From Daphnia carinata (taxonomy: Eukaryota): 64,000 nucleotides of DNA. Positions 42,251-55,554 of the stretch are shown here, in pieces. A program made the position numbers and the translations under genes. Position 1 is the first letter of the stretch. The number at the start of each line of letters is the position of its first letter. The stretch lies in the NCBI RefSeq assembly GCF_022539665.2, contig NC_081333.1:3844001-3908000 (forward strand). The letters are read 5' to 3'. The notes beneath the pieces are model-generated. The model had not been told where the DNA came from and made no database searches. It worked only from the letters and a program-made list of their open reading frames with translations.

Positions 42251-43115
42251 GTGTATTTGAGGTTACCAGAGACCCTTTCTAGTATATATATGTATCTCTG
42301 TACACTATTTCTCCCCTCTTTAATCGATCTTCACTCGTTGGTGTATGTGGAACCGTTGGAAAAGTTATGATGATTGGGCTTCCCTGCCCACCCGCTTCGT
42401 ATACGCACAGTCCCGTTTTGTGTCCTTATTGCCGCTCCCCTTCTCTTGTTTTTACTTTGCCTACCTCCGTATGTACATAGTCAAGGGTATACGACATGAC
42501 AATTTCACAATGCGTGAAGCACAATGTGCGTAAGAAATATTTTCTTTATTATTAAATTTTTAAAAAGCGAAATGTTGGGATAAATAAAAAAATGTTTGGT
42601 TTTTCAGCTTGACACTGGCTAATTTCGCTTTAAACTCACTATTATCAATATGATATTGATTCGTGCTTTAAACACGTTTGTTTTCGTATTGCAAAGCGTT
42701 TTTTGTCCCAAGGTTGGCATGGAAACCAGACGCGACATCATGAATAACTAGTGAATGTGTTTGATTTGTGTTGGCAAATAGCCATATACAAAAACATAAA
42801 CTGTCAGCGAAATCCTGCCTCAAATGCGTATATCTATTTCACCGTTATTTTCAAATTTTGTCAAACCGAATGACAAAAGAAAACGATGAAAATTGAAAAA
42901 TTAATAATTGATGAAAAAATATAGGATGCTTAGCAAATGAAATCTGACAACACTGTTTGTTGGTGAAGCTTTTTGACATTTTTTTAGTTTTCTCTTACCT
43001 CTCCATTTTCCTTGCCTCCATATTCTGCACACTCGTCAGACGGTTTTGTTTGTTTCTAAAGAAAGTGTTTTGAAACTTAAGTCAAAGTCAGGAGAATTTC
43101 TAGGAGGCATTTCGA

Positions 43116-43685
43116 ATGTCTCGGTCAGTGCGAGCGGAAACACGTAGCAGAGCTAAAGATGACATCAAACGTGTCATGCAAGTGGTCGACAAAGTCCGGC
43201 ATTGGTATGTTTTTCCACCCTAAACATGTGATGGTGTACTTTTATATTTGTTCTGTGTTTTTATATTTAGGGAAAAGAAGTGGGTTACCATCGGAGACAC
43301 AACAATGAAAATTTTTAAATGGGTCCCAGTTTCGCAAGTTGAAATGGTGGTAAATCATCATCATAGTGTATCTGGACTACTCGTTTTGTTAACCAAACAT
43401 TTTATTTAACAGAAAAAGAAAAGCAAAGATTCAAAGATGAACAAAGAAAATGACACAGCCAAGAAGGAGTCATCTTTTATCAGTTTCAGTGGCGAAGATT
43501 CCAACACAAGTAATTATCACACAGATTTTAAAATGAACATGATGTTCCTTAACATATTTGTTTTAGGTTTTTCCCTGACAAGTGAATCTCAAGGTCCACT
43601 GGATTTTGCTTCCACCCAGCTTATGGCTTCAGAAGACTCCAATTCGCTATACGAGCCTGGAGTCAAACGATTAAAAATGGAATGA
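43116..43685 (+). CDS. BCL7: BCL7-like SWI/SNF subunit, 4 coding exons
   Basis: [50 protein letters not shown] is the BCL7 N-terminal domain. Confidence 0.92.
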
Positions 43686-44032
43686 CCAAGTATGTTTGAA
43701 TTATTTTATGCTATATTTCAAAAGTGTGTGCAAAATTTTCCAACTGATACTCTTAATAAATTGTTTTTTAAATTACAAAGTTAGTTTGCATGCCAGGATT
43801 TAAAGATAACTTAAGAGTGATTCACCATCAAGTTCAAAATAGAAAGAGTAGTTTTTTTTATTTATATCCTTGTTGCACACAGCTAAAATAGATTCAATAA
43901 TTTAAGAAATAACTGACCTATATAAACTTTTTTTGCAAAAGATGTACAGTTTCTGTTAGCTAAATAGCTTAAACATTCCTTTTATACACCAGCAGCAGCC
44001 AACTAGAATCCCAGTAGACTGAAGTTTGTGAT

Positions 44033-46264
44033 TTATATCCGTCCATTAATTTCTTGATTAGATGGAGATCCTCCTTGGTTAATGTAATGCATGGGCCACA
44101 TACTGTCGTCACAAGCAGTATTGTTCGATGTGTCGGGAGGATGTGAAATTGATGTTGAGGACAAGAAATCGTTGGCCTCATTAAAAAAAAATTCGTAATT
44201 TTCATCTACTGCTATTGATGAGAACGACGAGGCTTCAAAGCCATCCTCCATCTATATTCATTACAGAAGTTGACTTAACCAGTCCAACATTGCTTTTTAA
44301 ACTTAATAAGATCTTTTTTTAGCTTACCGAAGAGGATGACCCCGAGGATGAATTTACTTGCACTTGAGGGTTCGAGACTTCATTAAAATATTCTTCCTCA
44401 CTGTAGGTGAAACGTTAAAATCATACTTTTTCTAAATTATCATTGTAAATAATTTTACTTACTGTATACGAGCGTTATTCAAGATAAATCCCATAACTAA
44501 CTTGTTAGTTGCACTGTCACGGAAGTAAACAAATTCACCTCTAGACTTAACATAGACAATTGTTCCCTGATGTTTCGCCTTTAAAGGGTAAGATATGTAA
44601 TTTTCGCGGCCGTTGTATAACCCTGCCAATAGCAAATTCAAAATTCATGTTGGTTAATGTAGGACATGTGTTGAATCATATTCCCTAGCCTTACAGTTAA
44701 ATTGTGCCTGTGACACAATTGGTAATGCATCTTCGCGAATGAAGTCGTGGGCCGATTTATTTATAACTTCATCACAGGTATAACCCGCTACCATTGTTAT
44801 CCTGTTTAATGTAGTCAAGAATTTAATGTACACTTAAAATCTAACTTCCAAGCACTAAACTTACCTTTTATCGGCTTGAATGATTTTCCCATCTAAGGAG
44901 TGTAGCGTCATATACTGATAGTAAGTATAGATGTGAATAAATGACGCCAATCTGGGCCAAGAAGATTTCGTAGACAACATCAACCTTTGCTTGTCTGGCT
45001 GATTACTTTTCTCCCGAGTTGTTCGGATGCATGGGCGAATATACCCGGTCAAGAAAACCATTTTATATTCCGAAACTGTTTTCAGCCGATGACGAATCGG
45101 CTCTGTTACGCGACATTCGGGGAAACTAAAATCCTTCCTGTCCGTCGTAGAACCGTCGCTCGACCGTCTCAATAAGAAAGTGCGCACAACTTCTGCATAA
45201 TCTTCCGGATGAACTAACTCTGACAAGTTCCGTCCGATCATGTTTATCTGTTGTGAGTTTATGACAAGTTGATTTAACAGGAAAAGAAAAAAATTATCTG
45301 GGTTAGGGTAGTACTCGATCAAAACCCAATGTAGACTCAACATCAGCCGAAACCCAAGTGATGTCAATTATGTTTTCGTCAGTTGTAGAGTATGAAAGGC
45401 CAAGGTGAAGGTTAGGTGGCGTTCCGTTCTGCATATAATCTATTGAATATTGCTTAAAAAATAAGTTGTCAATACATCAGAAAATTTTTATAATTTTTTT
45501 AAGTTCTCTAACCACTTGCTTTATTGCTGGATAAACCATTGGCTGTTGTAATTCCCTGTGAGCTTCACAACGAGCTTCAAAAACTCGTTCGGAAAGTAAA
45601 TTTAACTGCGTTTGAAGCTCGTCGTAAAAACCTGTATAAGTTATTTATGAACATGTAAAGAAATCATTGCTACTGTGCATAGGAAAGATGTGATACTTAG
45701 CGGTCTCTCCGTTGGGGATTTTCCATCAGTGTAAAATTGGATTATACTACGTGGTATTTCAGATAGGCAGGCCCGTGTTAGACGAGCTCTGGTGAGCTCT
45801 TGCAAGTGAATACTTTCGTTTTCTTGTCCCATCACTAGAGACGCCATATCTTTAATGAGTGCACTGATTTCATCTTTACGGTCCTTTTCAGTCTGATTCT
45901 TATTATGTTTTTTTTCGGCCAACCTTTTTTGATAGATAAATGCGATTACAAAGAGAGCACAAACTCCCCCATCGTTTACAGCATACCTGGATACCGAGTC
46001 ATCTACTGTCACAGGAATAGGGCAGATGTGTTTTTCCAAGTCTGTAGTTCCCCCTTTGGGTCCTAAACGACGAATTTGCCTGCAGGATCGACAAACAGCA
46101 TAGCCACGGGGTGACGAAGTGTCAGTAACGTTTTCCTCATTTATCGTAACAACACGTAAGAATTTTTGCCAGGCTTTTTTTGATGTTTCTTTCTCCTCCA
46201 CGAGAACGTAAGAACCATTGTTCAAATTACACTGAATGTGAGTGACGTCGTAAGTGGTATTCAT
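44033..46264 (-). CDS. BED zinc finger + bHLH + PAS-A + PAS-B protein; divergent Methoprene-tolerant (Met)-like, about 9 coding exons
   Basis: BED-like AWQKF...AVCRSC...GGTTDLEKHIC; bHLH NQTEKDRKDEISALIKDMASLV; PAS-A ITWVSADVESTLGFDR|INMIGRNLSELVHPEDY; PAS-B YMTLHSLDGKIIQADKR|ITMVAGYTCDEV...AHDFIREDA...SYPLK...VYVKSRG...FILNNARI. Exons join in frame through GT-AG introns. Confidence 0.78.
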
Positions 46265-47035
46265 TTTAGACGGAGTTCTGTACTTAGAAAAAAAAACGAC
46301 ACTCCAAGGCTCTTCCTATTGAATAACTCCAGCCCTCTCGGTTGCAAGGAGAGATAGTGACTGAATGTCCGGTCAAGTCAATATTACTGAGTCATTCCTT
46401 AAAAATTAAACAATATGGTGACCCATAACTTAAGAGCCCCCTGATTTTCTATGAGAAAACAAATATTGCCCGAGGTTCGCGGGGTTTACTGTTGCTACGC
46501 GGCCAGCAGACTATATGGTCAGCTTGCTATTATCAGTTTTAAATCGATTAAAAAATTCCTGCATGGTATTTGTTTCAGTTAACTAACTGAAAGATCGCCA
46601 AGGAAATCAAGTTTTTAGTTTGCAATGTCAAAGTTACAGTCCAAGGGTCAGGGACTATTATGCTGTACCCACTACCCCGCCATTAGCTTATTATTATTGC
46701 AGCTTTGTGTTTTCCTACGTCTAGACAACAGATAATAATTTGAAAAAAATTTACGTTCCGTTTTCGTCCAAATAATTTTATATTAGATTCTTTGTGTGTA
46801 TTTAGCACTTTTTATGGCGGTAAAACATTTTTTTATTTTGCTTATTTCCAGTTGAAGCAGACGTAAAATTACAGTTTTAGTGTTCAACGATAGGTGTCTC
46901 AGCCGGTGTAAACACCACGTGCTTGTTACTTGCCAAAGTGTTCTCTACTGTTTCATTTAATTGTGGTTAATTCAGTTAATTGTGGAACATATTTAAAAGA
47001 AAAGCTTCAACAGCCTTCAAATTAAAGTTGACACC

Positions 47036-50000
47036 ATGGGGCCGAATAAAAAAGGCTTCAATTGGAAGGCGCGGCAAGTTGTAACTACAAAAATTATTCA
47101 TACAGAAGGGGTAAGTGATATACTAATCGTATAACGTTTCTAAAATCTTTATTCACGCTTCACGTTTAATTACTTAGCTTCTCAGCTGTTTCCGTAACGT
47201 TGACCAATTTATAATATTAGGTTGAAATCGAAATTAGTGGAGCAGAGTCTTCAAAATATGATGAATGCAATGCACTTGTCTTACCATCCAAGAAAAGAGT
47301 AACAAAAATTGTCAAAGAAAAGAAATCCAATCAACGGATTTTGTCAAAGACACAGAGAAAGAAGCTTGAGAAGATTGTAGATGTCAAAAAGAAAAAAGCC
47401 AATGTAAAGTAATTAATTCTGATCAAATTTAAATCTAATTAATTTTTGGCATTTTTCAGAGGGCAGATTTATTGGAGTCTCTAGCAAAGTTGCAACCCAG
47501 TGCTCAAGAGTTTTCCATGATGACGTCTTTGACTTCAGTTCAAACTAAAGGCATTAAGAGATCTATGGCGGAAGTTGAATCTGTTCAATTGTTTGATGAA
47601 ACCGGAGAAAAAATTCAAACATCTGCAACTGCTGGGAGCAAAAGGAGACAGCGTTGGAAAGAAAAGGAAAATGAGGAAAAAGTTATAAACCCAAGAACTG
47701 ATAGCAATGTAATTGGCATAGAAGTAATTGAGGAATCAAGCAGTTCAGAAAATGAAGAAATGGAAGGAGGCGAAAACACAGAAGAACCAGATGAAAGCAT
47801 AGTAGAATCAGATGAAAACACAGAAGAACCAGGTGAAAACAAAGAAGAGGCAGAAGAAAACCAAAAAAAAACCGAAGGAAGCAAAGGAAAACCACGAAAA
47901 GAATTGGAAGAAACTGTTCCTGGAGAAGCTATTTCAAATGCGGACAAAGATATTTCTAATTCTAGCAAAACAGATATCTCTAATGGGAATATTATCGCAA
48001 CGGAAGACTTGACTCCCGTCAACAAAGATGATAAAACATCCACGCCCAAGCGCGAATCAAAACCTGCTATTTTTGTACCAGTACACCGCACGGCAGAAGT
48101 TCAAGCTGCTAGAATGAAACTTCCCATCCTTGCAGAAGAACAAGCAATAGTTGAAGCAATTAATGAAAATCCTGTTGTAATTTTGGCCGGAGAAACTGGC
48201 AGCGGTAAAACCACCCAGGTAACAGGCTCTCCTAAATATGCGAAATTCTAACATTCTAATAAGCCAATGCGATACAGGTTCCTCAATTTCTATACGAAGC
48301 CGGGTATGCAGCCAATGGAAAAATTATTGGTGTCACAGAACCCAGAAGAGTCGCTGCCACCTCAATGGCAAATCGCGTTGCTGACGAAATGAACTTGCAT
48401 GACGGTCAAGTTGGTTATCAAATTCGTTTCGAAGGCAATGTCAAGGATAATACCCGAATTAAATTCATGACTGATGGTGTTTTATTGAAAGCAAGTTTGC
48501 TGTTGGTAATTGGTTATTGCATGTTTATTAAGGAACAATTTTATTTGCAGGAAGTTCAAAAGGATTTCCTCCTAAGTAATTACTCTGTTGTGATTATCGA
48601 TGAAGCTCACGAACGTAGTGTTTACTCAGACATCTTACTCGGTTTGTTGTCGCGTATTGTCATGCTTCGCCACAAAAGGGGTAATCCATTGAAAATGGTT
48701 ATTATGTCGGCCACCCTTCGTGTGGAAGATTTTACGGAAAACCGACGACTTTTCAAGACTAAGCCAGTTGTTATCCAAGTAAAATTATTTTTAGTTTTTT
48801 TTTTAGTTTTTATTTGACTAATTCATAGCATATTTTAGGTTGAAGCTAGGCAATTTCCTGTCTCTGTCCATTTTAATAAGCGGACAGCTTTTGAAGATTA
48901 TGTGGACGAGGCATACCGGAAGGTGTGCAAAATTCATCGACAATTACCGGATGGAGGCATTCTGGTCTTCCTTACAGGTCAGCAAGAGGTCAATGCCCTT
49001 TGTAGAAAACTACGACAAACGTTTCCGGGTGTCAAAAAGACAGAGAAACCAGAGCCTGCAGATGCGTCACCTGCACAACCCGAAGATGTTCCGATTGCGT
49101 CTGAAGAGGTATTAACTTCAAAGCAAATAAAAGTATCAATTGTATCTTGACATGGCCATACGCTAAACAGGACGAAGATGTGGAAAAAGTTTTGGCCAAA
49201 ATTCAAAAAAAGCAACAAAGCATGAAAAAGCGCTCAAAGAAGGAAGTAGATCAGCGAATAAAAATCAATCTGGATCATTACTCTGCGTTGCCATTGCAAG
49301 AACAAGAACAAGATCATGATGAAAATCTTGGAGATTTGGCCGATTCGGATCAAGAGCTAGATATTAATGATGAACAGTCAGAGGCTTTATCTCAGAGTCA
49401 AACTGCTCCTCCCTTATGGGTTCTGCCTTTGTACTCTCTACTACCATCTTATCGGCAACAGAAAGTGTTTGCTCCTCCTCCAGAAGGATCCAGGTTGTGC
49501 GTAGTGTCCACTAACGTCGCTGAAACTTCGCTTACGATACCCAACGTCCGCTACGTGGTCGACACTGGCCGTGTCAAGACCAAGTTCTTCGACAAAGTTA
49601 CTGGAGTATCTGCTTTCCACGTAACGTGGACCTCACAAGCTGCTGCCAATCAGCGTGCTGGGCGAGCTGGTCGTACCGGTCCTGGCCATTGTTATCGACT
49701 CTATTCTTCTGCCGTCTTTAACGACGAGTTTGAAAAATTTTCTTTGCCAGATATCGCGCGAAGGTATTATTATTATAGATTTGGCCACCGTCAAGGGAAG
49801 TATAACAAAGTTTTATTCCAGACCGATCGACGATTTAGTTCTGCAAATGAAGTCAATGGACATTGAAAAGGTGATCCACTTTCCGTTTCCGACGCCACCT
49901 GATATTCAGCAGTTATATGCAGCTGAGCGTCGGCTATTATTGTTAAATGCACTGGAACCGCCGCCGCGCAGCGTAGGACTCAAACGTAAAATCCATACTG

Positions 50001-51302
50001 TTTTTCAATTACATTCTGTAATACTAAAAATCCATTTTTGCATTTACAGAAAGCCAAGAATGGACGTCAAAAATCACTCCACTTGGCAGAGCCATGGCAG
50101 CTTATCCGTTAGCACCGCGCTTTGCAAAAATGTTATTATTAAGCCAACAAAATGATCTACTTCAGCTGAGCATTACCTTGGTGGCTGCCCTATCTGTACA
50201 AGAACTTGTGCTGGATCAGCCAGCCGATTCCGAAGCAGGCGATACTCACAGAAGGTGGCTTGGTCAACGTCGATCCTGGGCTGGAACAGGACAGTCTCTA
50301 CTTTTAGGAGACCCCATGGTACTTCTGCGTGCTGTTGGCGCCGCCGAGTATTCGGGTGATATTGAAGCTTTTTGTTCGACGAACGGGATACGTAGCAAAG
50401 CTCTTCGTGAAGTCCGAAAACTGCGGGTCCAGCTGACAAACGAAACGAACTTGATTTTACCATCGGGCACTGCATCGATTGTGGTCGACCCTCGCATGGC
50501 GCCCCCCACTGAATTGCAAGCCAAACTCTTGCGTCAGATTCTGATGGCTGGACTTCCCGATCACGTGGCTAAGCGAATACCTCCAAATGAAATCAAGGAA
50601 ACCGACGACCGTAGAAAGTACAAATACGCTTATCGCTGTCCAGAAATGGAAGATCCTGTCTTCTTGAACCCATCGAGTATCTTGCGCTATTCGCACCCCG
50701 AATGGATCGTTTACCAAGACATTTATGAACATGACGACAAGATCTATTTACGTGGAATCACCGCTATCGAACCAGAGTGGCTGCCTGTCTTTAGCCCTAC
50801 ACAGTGTACGTTTTCTGCTCCGTTAGAGCTTCCCGCTCCTCGTTACGATTCAGATCAGGGTCGTGTAATGTGTCACATGAATGTTACATTTGGGAGAAGT
50901 GGTTGGCCTCTTCCTGTAATGGAGCTTGAATATCCAGCTGGTATCGACCGATTCAAGTTTTTCGCCCAGTTTTTCCTTAATGGAGAGGTTTGTCGTCCTC
51001 TAGCAAAGTACGTATTGGCTCTAGTTTTGTTCAAATTTTCCAGCCGTACTAAATAAGTGATTTTGTTATGTAGATATACGGCAGTTCTGCTGTCAACTCC
51101 ATCAACAATGGTCAAGACGTGGGCGAAACTCCAGCCCAGGACACAAGTGTTACTTCAACAACTGACAATTGGTAATGTCGATAGCTTAGATTCGCTTCTT
51201 GTCGCTTGGCAAAAAGATAAGTTCTACCTCCTGGACGCCTATAAAGCCTGGGTGCCTGAATCACTCCATGAAGAAATCGATACCCTTTGGCCTCCTGTGT
51301 AA
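47036..51302 (+). CDS. DHX37: DEAH-box RNA helicase DHX37/kurz, multi-exon
   Basis: KGFNWKAR N-terminus, [63 protein letters not shown]. Confidence 0.95.
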
Positions 51303-51493
51303 TTGACTGTAAAATATATTGACTCCTCCATTGCGTAAGTAAACTTATATCGTGAAACCAAGTTCTTTAGTTTAGCAGTAACCTAATATTTTAATCTCTC
51401 TTAGCATAAAAATTAGCAGGGTTTCAAATTAAAAATCATTCATCTCATTTTTATTAAAAACACACCTAAAAATAACTACGGGAAGAATAATCT

Positions 51494-52545
51494 CTACTCT
51501 GCCTTCACGCGCTTTTCTTTTTTCTCCTTGATTGGGTTTTTCTTGCATTCATTATAAATATTGTTGAAATCTAGTTGAACTTTAACATTGTCCTAGAAAA
51601 ACAAAGTTAATCGACAACAAAATAGGAAACCACATATAAGATTTACTTCATTAAAGATGAATTTTTGTAACTGCCCTTTGCTATCGATAGCTGGTCTCCG
51701 ATCATATTCTTCACCATTCTTGAACACAATGATGGTAGGTAGCTGACGACTAAACGACGTGTCGTTGATGTAATACTTTTTTGCTAATTCAGGAAATCGT
51801 CCCACGTCAACTTTACCGAATTTCAAGTTATCCAGTGTATATCTGGATCAGACAAAATAGGACTCTTAAGAACAAAAATTGTTGAAGAATAAATTTTAAC
51901 ATACTCTGCTGATAATTTAGAGAAAATTGATGCAAAATTAACACAGCTTGGACTCCAGACAGTGTAGAATGTAACAATCCACACAACTCTCTTATCTCTG
52001 TTAAGCTCCTCTTCCAAAGTTGTTCCTCTAAAGTACACAACTTTTTCTGGACCAGTGTAAGAAGGTTCTGGAAACAGGATTGCTTGCACTAATGTCGAAG
52101 AAGATTATTAGAACTGTGCAAATAGTTTGCAAAACTTGACATGTTAACTTACAAACAAATAACACCAAAAATACCAAACCATATCTAGGATCAGCATTGA
52201 ACCATAGTATTAAACTAGCCACTTTGCAGTACATGAAACCTGTCGAGAGATAAGCTAACATTGTTACAGATCCAGTCTTTCTTGCTCTCATCACAATCAC
52301 GAAGAGAAGGAAAAACATGATTTCAGATTGTTTCTATAAAAACCAAAATTAGTTGTTAAACAGAATTTTATCGTATTTAAAAAGAATGTGTCTACCATGT
52401 CCAGTTCACATTGAGATTCACCCACTGGAAATAAGTACATACACATGGGAGATACAGTTTTTAATACAAGAAAGGAAATACTTAAAATGCAGTTTACTAA
52501 GTAATATGGACGAAAAAGTTCTTTAATGTCTTGTAAAAACGCCAT
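51494..52545 (-). CDS. TMX2: Thioredoxin-related transmembrane protein 2, multi-exon
   Basis: PYYLVN N-terminus, PEPSYTGPEKVVYF, WSPSC (SxxC site), KFGKVDVGRFP, SRQLPTII and a Lys-rich C-terminus KEKRVKAE*. Confidence 0.9.
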
Positions 52546-52661
52546 GATCAAAGAAAAACTTGAGGTTATGTCTTAGGGTGTCGCCAGTTTAAGCTGACAT
52601 CAAAATAGTTGCCCGGGCAAATAGCAGACGATATAGTAGTAAAACATTGACCCAAAACTGA

Positions 52662-52669
52662 TATCGATA
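52662..52669. promoter_or_regulatory. DRE-like palindrome TATCGATA ~120 bp upstream of the TMX2 start codon
   Basis: Exact match to the DREF-binding element in a housekeeping-gene promoter position. A second copy lies at 18780-18787, upstream of hydrolase copy 3. Confidence 0.4.
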
Positions 52670-53937
52670 GTGTATTTTATTTAATTATTAAATTTAATCA
52701 GTTATATCACGAACGACAGCCATTTAAACATTCAATGAAGGTAGGTAACCAGTTCGTTCATTATGGTTCTTGGAGAAGCAATGCACGTAGTTCTCAGCAC
52801 CCACATCGCAAAAAGGCATCGCTGTTGTGTGCAACATTATAACGACGTTCGAACATGTAGTCTCCCAATGCGCGCCGCCATTGAAAATACAATGGCGATC
52901 GCAATCGTCCTAACAATCGATCAAAAAACTGAATCTGTAGCAGACTTCTCCTTCTTCGAAGTTGTGGTTTATTCAAACCCCTCCTTCGATTGCCAACTTA
53001 AATCGCTGGATGGCAATGTTAATTATCTATTTTTTTTTTGCAAAATAAACAATCGACTAGCGATTAAGAGTTGTCTACTAAAAATTAGGTCAAACGGCGT
53101 TTCGTAACATCAATATCGGCGACAATTGAATCATAAATAGAAACCGTTTGTGTAATAATAAGTTAGTTTATTTATTTTCAGGTTAAACTTGGCCAAGTCA
53201 ACGAATCGTGCATTATGTAGAACTATAGCTCTGGCCGAATACTTTATTGTAAAACTTTCCAATTGAACGTGCCATCCATGTCTAAATAGTTTTGAGAAAA
53301 AAAAAGGAAAAAATGAGGTTTGTTTTCGAGTGAAATAGATATGTTTCTTTAACTAAAAGACCTACAATAATCTAACACTGTAACAAGGTATCCAATGCAC
53401 TCGCAATATAGCTTATTGCACACGTTTGTCATTTGGTAGCCACTAAAACAAGAACGAAAAATCTATACTAACAATTTTATACTATGCGAAATTACTTCGA
53501 AATTCGCAAAGACGATAAATGAATCGTTGCAATTATCTCTTAGCACGTGTTAGCTTCAGGCATTGCAATACACGTTGGTGACAGGATGTACCATGCATTA
53601 TCCAATCGCTAAGCGTATTCTTTCCAACTCTCCTTCCCAACCTTCCCTTTCCCTGGGGATAACAAATTAGAGAGGAAGAGTTAGATAGAAAGTAGAACAT
53701 ATAAGGGGGCAACACGCCCTTACATTTTCCATTATGCCGATCAGCTGAGTCGGTTGTCGACTTCTCCAGAACTTTTTACTATCTCATTCGATCAGGTGAT
53801 GTCTAGCTGAACAGGTCACTCTTCACAAGCAGTTTACAAATTCAGTTGTATCTGAGAAACATAGAAAAACAGTTTCGACCGTCTTAATACTTTTCCTGCT
53901 GAACTTTATTTTATACACAGCCAGGTACCTAGAAAAA

Positions 53938-55554
53938 ATGGATTCTCGTCAGTTTGGAGTTCTACTTCTGGTGGTCTTTCTTGCCATTTTGGCGCCAATC
54001 GAAAATGCAGAGGGTAAGCATGGTCGTTTCTCTTTGTAGTTTTAGAGTAGTAAATGGGATAGTAAGACGTGAAAATTATATGTATTTTCATTGGTAGTCA
54101 ATATTTGAATCTCTAAAAAAAATTAAGTTGATCGATTGCGTGCGATTGCCGCGATGGATTGAAATTACATGGGGGAAAGAAAAGGTTGACATCTTTCAGT
54201 CTTCCACGAATGCTCGCTAATGGCTTTTGCACGGGGACCGTAGTCATGCCAACCAATGTGTTACTATCGTAAATCAATCAATGCTATGTTACTTGAAATG
54301 GCCATTCTTAAGTTTTTTTATTTTTTTTTCTATCAGGGTCAATTAGTTCGAACCCGGTTTCATCGACAACGGAGAACCCTACCAACAATTCCACTGCCCC
54401 AGCAAACACTACTACTACTCAAAATTCGGGTACAACTATTAGCAGTGCACCGTCATCCTCAATCGGAAGTCCTGATTTTACCCATCCCGAGATGACAACT
54501 ACCCCAGCTGTATCAACTCAACTCTCAACTTCGGCGTCCATACCTCCACCAGTTCAGCCAGTTACTGCTATCCCAGCTATTGCCACTACTAATTCAGTTA
54601 CGAACGATCATGGCATCCGTGATGTGTCTTCCGATATGGAAAAGTGCTCAACCAGTTTTGAGGTAAGTGATGTACGTCGATATCATAAACTAATAAATTA
54701 TCTGTATCTGAAACATTAGACTATACTGGAAAAAGAAAAGGAAAACTGGATTCTGGAGAGAGCATTTTTGGCTGTATCGGATGAAGGTTCTACCATCACG
54801 CTCGAGCAGTTTTGGTATTGTTGAAAATAGTGTCGACTTATCCCGATCTAAATATTATCATTTACAGCAAACAATTGCAGACCATCATGCGGCTGGACAC
54901 CATTTGTAACAATGGAAAGAATGCAACGGATGCGGAAGATGTTAAGGTTGCTCCAATTGTTGCCGGTTTAGCTTCCATGTTTACCTCCGTTTGCTCTGAC
55001 CCGAAGACACGACTTAATGGTTAGTTCTGTTGATCCTTATTTATGTTATCGGTACGTTTAATAAGCTTTGCGTCATAGTAACTGTTGGAGACTCTACCTC
55101 TTGCGTCGAATTCATTCGCGTAACAGCCAAAAGTTGTTCGGCGAACCCTCTTACCAAGGCTGTCCATGTCTATCCAACTCAGGTGATCTTCGAAGAAATG
55201 ACTCGCGATAATTGCACGTATGATAAATCATTTTTAATATACCTGGTTGTGTTCTAGTCTTCCGTTTGAAATTCAAGGGTGGTGTCCAACACCAAGGATT
55301 GTATCATCAAGGCATTGGAACACGGTGACAAGTGTTCATCAGCACAGCAAACTATTATCATCGACGCAATCACAAAGATGACTAAAGGGCTGCCGTGTGT
55401 TCTTCCCCATTCCGCAAATGCTGCCACTTCGGCACCGGCGATAACAGGGTCGGATGTCACTACCCCAAAAACTCCTGGTAATGCTGGCACGAATTTCCAG
55501 GTGAACTTTTTCACCATACTTCCAGTCTTATTGTTGGCTTTCAAGTTTTACTAA
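53938..55554 (+). CDS. Secreted, putatively GPI-anchored protein with an S/T/P-rich region and a ~10-Cys domain
   Basis: Signal peptide MDSRQFGVLLLVVFLAILAPIENA, mucin-like stretch, Cys-spaced domain, hydrophobic C-terminus NAGTNFQVNFFTILPVLLLAFKFY. Confidence 0.7.

Noticed and set aside
47760..47865. ENTEEP-type repeats in DHX37
   Set aside because: Ordinary acidic low-complexity expansion in the variable N-terminal region.
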